Assembly (NCBI GenBank): GCA_016934595.1
Contig: JAFGSM010000151.1
Coordinates: forward strand, 1-59,686
Length of the DNA stretch: 59,686 nt
Origin: a bacterium
GTDB lineage: Bacteria; SZUA-182; DTGQ01; JAFGSM01
Reading direction: 5' to 3'
The notes beneath the pieces were generated by a model. That model did no database searches. It was not told where the DNA came from and saw only the letters and a list, made by a program, of their open reading frames with translations. The translations under genes were made by a program, and so were the position numbers. Below are positions 53,389-59,686 of this stretch, piece after piece (the first letter of the stretch is position 1; the number at the start of each line of letters is the position of its first letter).

Positions 53389-55500
53389 ATGAAACACTTC
53401 TTGGAAAGACGCAATCGCGTTTGGAATGTACATATCAGCTTCTTAATCGTCATTGCGGTTGTTTGTTTTTTATTATTTGAATCGGCAATAACCGTTTCCA
53501 TGTCCAGCGCCAGCACAAGGCGCAAGATTCAGGAAGAGACTATGGATTTTACAGACATGAGTCTGGAAGAGCTGAAACAGGTCATGATCATTTCCATATT
53601 AAAAAAACCTCAAAAGCTCTCAGACGCTACATCTGCGATCTCTGTAATAACTCAGGAAGACATCCGCAGGTCAGGGGTGACAAACATCCCTGAACTGCTA
53701 AGAAGCGTGCCAGGATTCCAGGTGGCACAGATCAGCTCAAACACGTGGGCTGTAAGCGCCCGTGGCTTCAATAACCGTTTTGCCAATAAGCTTTTGGTGC
53801 TTATGGACGGAAGAAGTGTTTATAAACCCCTTTTTTCCGGCGTCCATTGGGGTGCGCAAGATACGATCCTTGAGGATATTGAGCGCATTGAAGTGATAAG
53901 GGGCCCAGGGGCGACATTGTGGGGAGCCAATGCAGTAAATGGTGTAATCAATATCATTACAAAGGATGCCGAGGATACTCAGGGAGGTCTTATTACATCA
54001 GGATGGTTTAATGAAGACCGTAATTTCAATGCATTCCGCTATGGCGGGAAGTTAAACAATAATGATGCTTACTGGAGGCTATATCTGAAATATTCTGAAA
54101 GGGATAGCTTTTTAACCGAAGACAGGGACGACCTCAGCAACAACTGGAATTCGGTCAGAGGAGGAGGCCGGCTCGACTGGTCTCTTACAGAGAGGGACTC
54201 TCTTTCAATGCAAGGCGAAATTTATGAAGGCAGGGATGGCGAGAGGATGACACGCCCTTATGAACCGGTACCATTTTACCCGCCGGACAAGGCGAGTGTA
54301 GAGAGAGAAAGAGACGACATCGACAATAATTATTTCGGCGCAAATCTTTTATGCCATTGGAGGCATACATTCTCTAATACATCCGACATGACTTTTCAAT
54401 TGTATTATGATCAAACCAAACAGGACATAGATTATATATATTATTACGACAACATCTGCGCTGAAGATAAAAAAATCACCACCACGAACTTCGCCAATCA
54501 AACCTATAAGGAAAGGTTTGATATCTTAGATTTCGACCTCCAGCATAACTTCAGATTGAGCATGCGGCACGAAATCGTATGGGGGCTTGGATACCGTTTC
54601 ATAAAGGACATCTTTGAGGTTAGAGGCATTGGAGGAACCGCCACCTTTCTCAATCCTGAAAGACGGAACACCCAGCTGGTCAGCGGATTCGTTCAGTACG
54701 GCACAGACCTCGTTATGGACAGGCTTAAGATGACTCTGGGATCAAAGTTTGAGGATAATGACTATACTGGCTTTGAATACCAGCCCAGCGTAAGAATATT
54801 GTGGAGGCTTACAGAAAGACAAAATTTCTGGGCCGCTGTTTCCCGTGCGACCAGGACACCATCCCGCTTTGAGACAGATTATTTTGAACATTCAACCAAT
54901 ATTGGGTCTGAAGAGCTCATCGCCTACGAGTTAGGATACCGGATTCAGCCCGCAGATTATTTTTCTATGGATTTGACCGGTTTCTATAATGAGTACGACA
55001 ATCTTATTGCCTTTATTAAAGATAAATACAAATTGGATATATCAAAGAAAAATATTGCAGGAGGACAGACATATGGCGGAGAAATGTCGGCAAACTGGGA
55101 TGCCTTGAAATGGTGGAGGCTTCGCGGCTCTTATGCATACATGGAAATTAGCATCAACATCGACAAAGACATCTATGCTTCACATGATATATTTTTCGAA
55201 AGGATCAACCCTCGAAACCAATTTTCCCTTCTATCTTCTATGGACCTTTTCAGGGTTCTGGAATTCGATGTGGACATAAGGCATGTGGATAGCCTTTCAA
55301 ACTACATAAAAGGCTATGAGGAAATGGATGCGCGCCTTGGCTGGATACCAAGGAAAAACATGGAAATATCCTTAATCGGACAGAACCTTCTAAACAAGAG
55401 CCATCCCGAATTCGTGTACGTAGGGTTCCCCCCTATTTCTATATGGGAAACCATAGAGGTTGAGCGCAGGGTCTATGGAAAAATAACATGCCGATTTTAG
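53389..55500 (+). CDS. TonB-dependent outer-membrane receptor
   Basis: 703 aa. gggagg RBS. Plug region SAISVITQEDIRRSGVTNIPELLRSVPGFQV...LVLMDGRSVY...IERIEVIRGPGATLWGANAVNGVINIITK. C-terminal aromatic residue (...ITCRF). Confidence 0.9.
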   Translation: MKHFLERRNRVWNVHISFLIVIAVVCFLLFESAITVSMSSASTRRKIQEETMDFTDMSLEELKQVMIISILKKPQKLSDATSAISVITQEDIRRSGVTNIPELLRSVPGFQVAQISSNTWAVSARGFNNRFANKLLVLMDGRSVYKPLFSGVHWGAQDTILEDIERIEVIRGPGATLWGANAVNGVINIITKDAEDTQGGLITSGWFNEDRNFNAFRYGGKLNNNDAYWRLYLKYSERDSFLTEDRDDLSNNWNSVRGGGRLDWSLTERDSLSMQGEIYEGRDGERMTRPYEPVPFYPPDKASVERERDDIDNNYFGANLLCHWRHTFSNTSDMTFQLYYDQTKQDIDYIYYYDNICAEDKKITTTNFANQTYKERFDILDFDLQHNFRLSMRHEIVWGLGYRFIKDIFEVRGIGGTATFLNPERRNTQLVSGFVQYGTDLVMDRLKMTLGSKFEDNDYTGFEYQPSVRILWRLTERQNFWAAVSRATRTPSRFETDYFEHSTNIGSEELIAYELGYRIQPADYFSMDLTGFYNEYDNLIAFIKDKYKLDISKKNIAGGQTYGGEMSANWDALKWWRLRGSYAYMEISINIDKDIYASHDIFFERINPRNQFSLLSSMDLFRVLEFDVDIRHVDSLSNYIKGYEEMDARLGWIPRKNMEISLIGQNLLNKSHPEFVYVGFPPISIWETIEVERRVYGKITCRF

Positions 55501-56063
55501 GAGATAAATCTGTAAAGATCTTTTTGCTGGGGGCCGTTATTGTTTTTTGTACTTTGATGTTCAGCAGGCTTCCAGGACATGCCCAGGCATTGTTTGCGCC
55601 AGAGTATCAGGTTAAGGCCGCCTTTATCTATAATTTCGCCAAATTTGTCGAATGGCCTAACGGCACTTTCAATAGCGAAACCGATCCTGTAATTCTTTGC
55701 ATCTTCCCAAACAGCCCTAAGAACGATGTCTTTTTATCCCTGACCGGAAAGACAGTAGGAGGGAAGAGGATGGAGGTAAAAAAATGTGAGAACATAGAAT
55801 ATATCGAAGGCTGTCATATCCTTTTTATCGATTCAACTGACAAAAAGATCATCAGGGAATGTCTGAAAAGGGTTAAAGACTGGAGTGTATTAACAGTAGG
55901 ACATAGCAAGGGATTCACTCAAGAAGGGGGCATCATAAATTTTTTCACGGATGAAGGCAAGATAAAGTTTGAGGTGGATTTAGAAGCTGCAAAGCGCTGC
56001 GGATTGAAGTTAGGGTCACAGATCCTTATGTCTGCCGAGATCATCACAAAGGAATCCAGGTAA
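55488..56063 (+). CDS. YfiR-family (DUF4154) periplasmic protein
   Basis: 191 aa. Signal peptide, then YQVKAAFIYNFAKFVEWP, typical of DUF4154. The start overlaps the receptor gene end by 13 nt. Confidence 0.75.
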   Translation: MPILGDKSVKIFLLGAVIVFCTLMFSRLPGHAQALFAPEYQVKAAFIYNFAKFVEWPNGTFNSETDPVILCIFPNSPKNDVFLSLTGKTVGGKRMEVKKCENIEYIEGCHILFIDSTDKKIIRECLKRVKDWSVLTVGHSKGFTQEGGIINFFTDEGKIKFEVDLEAAKRCGLKLGSQILMSAEIITKESR

Positions 56064-56069
56064 CAACAT

Positions 56070-58403
56070 ATGAGATCTTTCCGAAATATCTCGATCAAAC
56101 AAAAGCTTATCATTGTTATTATATTCACAAGCTGGTTTACCCTGCTGGTTGCATCTATAGCCTTTATGGCAAAAGATATTATAACCTTTCGGCATACTCT
56201 GGCAAACGACATATCCAGCCTGGCTCAGGTTATTGGCATGAACAGCTCAGGCGCCCTTGTATTCAATGACCCAAAAACTGCAGAGAAGAATCTGTCTGCA
56301 TTGCAAACAAAACCATATGTCTCTTTTGCTTGCATCTATGATAAGGATGGGAATGTATTCGCCACGTTTCCACATCAGATAGAAGACTATGCGCCAGTTC
56401 CGCCCATGCCTCAGAAAACCCGACACTACTTTGAAAACAAACATCTGTTTTTGTTTCATGAAATCCTTCTTGAAGAGGAACTGATAGGGACAATCTTTAT
56501 TCAGTATGACCTGGAAGAGATCCGTTTAAGAGTAAAGCAATCAGGCGCCATCGTTGCGGCAATCATTGCAGTAGCCTTTCTGCTTGCTGCGGTTCTCTCG
56601 TTTTTGCTCCAGCGCCTCATTTCCGAGCCTATTCTAAACCTGGCCCAGACTACCAGGGCCATTTCACAGGGAAAGGATTATTCGATAAGGGCAAAAAAAC
56701 AGGGACAGGATGAAATAGGCACTCTTATTGATGGCTTTAATGAGATGCTGACCGAGATCCAGAGACGGGATGATGAGCTTAAGCTTCATCGGGGTCACCT
56801 TGAAGAGGAGGTGGCTGCCCGTACAGCCGAATTAAGAACACAGCAGAAGATCCTGCAAAAGGCATTGAGCCGGGCCGAACAATTAGCCGTAGAGGCAGAA
56901 GCCGCAAACAGGGCAAAGAGTGAATTTCTGGCCAATATGAGTCATGAAATCCGCACCCCAATGAATGCGATAATAGGCTTCACCGATTTGCTCGATTCAC
57001 TTATTACCGATAAAAGTCAAAAGAATTATCTTGAATCGATCAAATCTAGCGGAAAGAATCTATTGACCTTGATAAATGACATCCTTGACCTCTCTAAAAT
57101 CGAGGCTGGAAAGATGGATCTTCATTACGAGCCCGTAAACCCTTATTTCATCTTCAGCGAGATCGAGCAGATCTTTTCTTTGAACATATCCGGAAAAGGG
57201 CTTGAATTCATAAAAGACATTTCCCATGACATACCTGAGAGCCTGCTCCTGGACGAGGTGCGTTTAAGGCAGGTTTTATTCAACCTGGTAGGAAATGCCA
57301 TAAAATTTACAGAAAAGGGATATATAAAACTATCCGCAAGGAGGGCCATTAAAAATTACGAAAAAAGCGCCGTTGATCTAACCCTGGCTATAGAAGACAC
57401 CGGAATCGGAATCGACCCGAAATTTTACGGGAATATATTTGAGGCATTCAAACAGCAGGATGGGCAAAGCACCAAAAGATATGGAGGCACAGGGTTGGGA
57501 CTGGCGATTTCGAAGCGGTTGGTGGAAATTATGGGCGGAACATTATCTGTGAGAAGCGAACCAGGCAAAGGAAGCATTTTTGAGATTGCACTTAAAGATG
57601 TATCGATTTCTGCGACCACTGCCAAACCCAAAAAGACCAAAATGTTTGACCATGATAATATATCGTTTGGAAAAGCGGCGATGATGGTCGTTGATGACAT
57701 TCCGGTCAACCGCAAGCTGATAATAGAATATCTTAAAAACACTGATATAATTATAATAGAAGCCGACAATGGCGAACAAGCGATTTTGCGTGCCCAGACA
57801 CACAAGCCGGACATTATCGTAATGGATATAAAAATGCCCGTTATGGATGGATATGAGGCCATCCAGTATTTAAAGAAACATGATGATTTAAAAAGGATAC
57901 CTGTTATAGCTCTTACTGCTTCAGGGATGAAGAAGGACAAGGCAAAGATACAGGCAAGCGGTTTTGACGGCTTTCTTATGAAACCCGTTCAACTCTCTGA
58001 TTTGTTCAGTGAGCTGTCACGATTTCTTAAATTCTCAAGAAAGGAACGGGATGGACAAAAAAGCGCAAAAGGAGAGGATACATTACAACAGGAAAGGCTT
58101 TCGCCTGAGATTTTAACAAGAATGCCGCAGATAATCGGCGACCTTAAGGGCGAATATATGGAAACATGGAAGCTGGTACGGCGGAGCGGGCTCTTTGATG
58201 ATATATCAAACTTTGGGAAACAGATAAAAGATACAGGCGATAAATATTCATTGAAGTCCCTTCAAAGATTTGGCGCAAATTTGATTTTATACGCCGGCAG
58301 TTTTGATATCGAAAAGATGAGCGCAGCGTTAGACTCCTATCCTGAATTGATTGTAAAATTGGAACTATTATATCAGGAACAGATCCGTGGAGGGCGAAAA
58401 TGA
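56070..58403 (+). CDS. Hybrid sensor histidine kinase (CHASE8-like sensor + HAMP + HisKA + HATPase + REC + C-terminal extension)
   Basis: 777 aa. The N-terminal IKQKLIIVIIFTS...DISSLAQVIGMNSSGALVFNDPKTAEKNLSALQTKPYV...IYDKDGNVFATF pattern is recalled as CHASE8-type. H-box SHEIRTPMNAI. G-boxes GTGLGLAISKRLVEIMGG. REC VVDDIPVNR...MDIKMPVMDG. Confidence 0.85.
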   Translation: MRSFRNISIKQKLIIVIIFTSWFTLLVASIAFMAKDIITFRHTLANDISSLAQVIGMNSSGALVFNDPKTAEKNLSALQTKPYVSFACIYDKDGNVFATFPHQIEDYAPVPPMPQKTRHYFENKHLFLFHEILLEEELIGTIFIQYDLEEIRLRVKQSGAIVAAIIAVAFLLAAVLSFLLQRLISEPILNLAQTTRAISQGKDYSIRAKKQGQDEIGTLIDGFNEMLTEIQRRDDELKLHRGHLEEEVAARTAELRTQQKILQKALSRAEQLAVEAEAANRAKSEFLANMSHEIRTPMNAIIGFTDLLDSLITDKSQKNYLESIKSSGKNLLTLINDILDLSKIEAGKMDLHYEPVNPYFIFSEIEQIFSLNISGKGLEFIKDISHDIPESLLLDEVRLRQVLFNLVGNAIKFTEKGYIKLSARRAIKNYEKSAVDLTLAIEDTGIGIDPKFYGNIFEAFKQQDGQSTKRYGGTGLGLAISKRLVEIMGGTLSVRSEPGKGSIFEIALKDVSISATTAKPKKTKMFDHDNISFGKAAMMVVDDIPVNRKLIIEYLKNTDIIIIEADNGEQAILRAQTHKPDIIVMDIKMPVMDGYEAIQYLKKHDDLKRIPVIALTASGMKKDKAKIQASGFDGFLMKPVQLSDLFSELSRFLKFSRKERDGQKSAKGEDTLQQERLSPEILTRMPQIIGDLKGEYMETWKLVRRSGLFDDISNFGKQIKDTGDKYSLKSLQRFGANLILYAGSFDIEKMSAALDSYPELIVKLELLYQEQIRGGRK

Positions 58404-59572
58404 TCTACAGTTACAGAAAAAAATCCAAAATACTGATTGTTGATGACGTCCCTCAAAATATCCAGGTGCTTGCAAATATATTAAAAGAAGAAGGATATCA
58501 GATGGGATTTGCCAAAGATGGCAAGACTGCCCTTGCCCATACCGACTCCGTTCAATTCGATTTGATCATCCTGGATATTATGATGCCTGACATGGATGGT
58601 TTTGAGGTATGTGAGCGCCTGAAAAAGGATAAAAAGAAAAGGGATATTCCTGTCATTTTTGTCACGGCAAAGGATGAGACTTCCGATAAGACCAGAGGAT
58701 TTGAGCTTGGGGCCGTAGATTACATCACCAAACCTTTTGACGCACAGGAAGTCCTTGCAAGGATAAAAACCCACATAAGTCTTCGAAATTATACCATAAG
58801 ATTAGAAGAAATGGTCGAAGAAAGGACTCGTCAGCTGATCCATGCTGACCGTCTTGCCACGCTGGGTATGTTTTCCGCTGCAGTAGCACACGAAATTAAA
58901 AATCCGCTGTCATATATCATGGGAAGCGCAAAGATTTTACAGATTTTTTGGAAATCAGCAAAGCCGGTCCTGGAAAAAACCCTGATTCAGGATGAAGAGG
59001 GAAAACATCTCAAAGAGTTAGGAAACATTGAAGAAAAGATAGACAATATCCTGCATGGCAGCAATCGCATATCAAGGCTTATAGACGGCATGAAAAAATA
59101 TTCAAGACAGGGCAATGTTATATTCCAGGATAAAACGCCGCTTGCTGAAATAATCAAGGACTCTCTGGACATTGTTAGCCATAGGCTAAACCCCTCAGGG
59201 ATAAAGGTCAACGTGGATATCCCTCCATATCTGACAATATATTGTGATCAACAAAAGATTTCCCAGGTGTTTGTAAATCTAATAAATAATTCATGCGATG
59301 CCATAGCGGAGAAAGGCGGAGAAATAGAGATAAAAGCGGCCGCTGTAAATAACCAGGCCGAAATAATTTTCAAAGACGACGGCCCTGGCATCCCCAGCGA
59401 AACAGCCGAAAAAATATTCGACCCCTTCTTTACCACAAAAGGCAAGGGAGAAGGGACAGGACTTGGGCTCTTTATAGTAAGCCGTATCATTGAAGAGCAT
59501 CAAGGAAAGATTTCATTATCCTCCTGTAACACAAAAGGGGCTGCTTTTCGGATCGTATTGCCTTTGGCTTGA
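58400..59572 (+). CDS. Receiver-histidine kinase fusion (REC + HisKA + HATPase)
   Basis: 390 aa. ATGA overlap with the upstream kinase. REC ILIVDDVPQN...LDIMMPDMDG...TKPF. H-box AHEIKNPLSYI. ATPase GTGLGLFIVSRIIEEHQG. Confidence 0.88.
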   Translation: MIYSYRKKSKILIVDDVPQNIQVLANILKEEGYQMGFAKDGKTALAHTDSVQFDLIILDIMMPDMDGFEVCERLKKDKKKRDIPVIFVTAKDETSDKTRGFELGAVDYITKPFDAQEVLARIKTHISLRNYTIRLEEMVEERTRQLIHADRLATLGMFSAAVAHEIKNPLSYIMGSAKILQIFWKSAKPVLEKTLIQDEEGKHLKELGNIEEKIDNILHGSNRISRLIDGMKKYSRQGNVIFQDKTPLAEIIKDSLDIVSHRLNPSGIKVNVDIPPYLTIYCDQQKISQVFVNLINNSCDAIAEKGGEIEIKAAAVNNQAEIIFKDDGPGIPSETAEKIFDPFFTTKGKGEGTGLGLFIVSRIIEEHQGKISLSSCNTKGAAFRIVLPLA

Positions 59573-59599
59573 TTTATATGATCGGTGACTGCTCAATAG

Positions 59600-59686
59600 C
59601 AGCAATTCTCATTTTGGCACTTTTTGTCACAGGACATAATATATTTTCTACCTAAATATATGATATATGACATAGAAATTGGTCAA
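59600..59686. repeat. Palindromic intergenic element, family 2, copy 2 (cut by window end)
   Basis: cagcaattctcattttggcactttttgtcacaggacataatatattttctacctaaatatatgatatatgacatagaaattggtcaa aligns along its length with the reverse complement of 25103-25205. It starts 28 nt after the stop at 59572. Confidence 0.7.

Noticed and set aside
53190-53525. 111-aa minus-strand ORF upstream of and overlapping the TonB-receptor start
   Set aside because: It overlaps the well-supported receptor start and RBS (gggagg, ATG at 53389). It has a Lys/Ile-rich AT-bias composition and no motif.
57425-57940. 171-aa minus-strand ORF within the hybrid kinase gene (also 23765..24166 within the PPIase gene)
   Set aside because: They are antisense to frames carrying canonical HATPase/REC or rotamase motifs, so they are shadow ORFs.
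1-59686. tRNA/rRNA genes, transposases, integrases, prophage, toxin-antitoxin or known defence genes
   Set aside because: Reading the intergenic regions and the ORF products gave no cloverleaf-like, rRNA-like, DDE/tyrosine-recombinase, capsid/terminase or defence-family signatures. This is a negative result by eye only and should be confirmed with tRNAscan, Infernal and HMM tools.

Overview
This 59.7-kb window looks like chromosome from an anaerobic Gram-negative bacterium. I infer a Desulfobacterota (Desulfobacterales-like) origin from gene content only: an Rnf complex, the DUF39/NIL-ferredoxin homocysteine route, many c-type cytochromes, sigma-54 control, AT-rich intergenic DNA and hairpin-rich miniature repeats. 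No search was run.

Left part (1-27.5 kb), mostly envelope and housekeeping genes:
- two parvulin PPIases, a TPR lipoprotein, an AMIN/LysM cell-wall amidase and a Spy/CpxP-like protein
- the homocysteine biosynthesis pair
- a minus-strand rpiB-glyA-dCMP deaminase-rnfCDGEAB string with overlapping stop/start codons
- a stand-alone tetrahaem cytochrome, a GT4 glycosyltransferase with a UPF0104 membrane protein, and an RpoD/RpoS-type sigma factor
- two secreted Tyr-rich low-complexity repeat proteins, and a divergent ECF-like sigma / zf-HC2 anti-sigma pair in an AT-rich island

Centre (27.8-52.4 kb), the standout:
- This is an uninterrupted plus-strand cluster encoding three very large multihaem cytochromes, by my manual counts of about 26, 49 and 9 CxxCH sites.
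- The 2611-aa cytochrome is built from a triplicated ~700-aa, 14-haem module.
- Downstream are a 1181-aa FN3/Big-type surface protein with a C-terminal lipoyl-like domain, and a 1033-aa IPT + LVIVD beta-propeller + cadherin-like protein.
- The cluster ends with an exported GH42-like protein and an NtrC-type sigma-54 activator.
- I found sigma-54 promoter-like sequences with shared upstream motifs inside and beside this cluster. A near-identical one lies 45 kb away in front of a Tyr/Ser-rich secreted protein.
- I read this as a candidate, apparently uncharacterised extracellular electron-transfer / cell-surface redox apparatus. That is a hypothesis, not a demonstration.

Right end (53.4-59.6 kb): a TonB-dependent receptor, a YfiR-like (DUF4154) protein, a CHASE8-like hybrid histidine kinase and a REC-histidine kinase.

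Two families of miniature palindromic repeats are scattered in the intergenic DNA. I recognised no rRNA, tRNA, CRISPR array, transposase/integrase or obvious defence or toxin genes. All domain boundaries and haem counts are manual and approximate.
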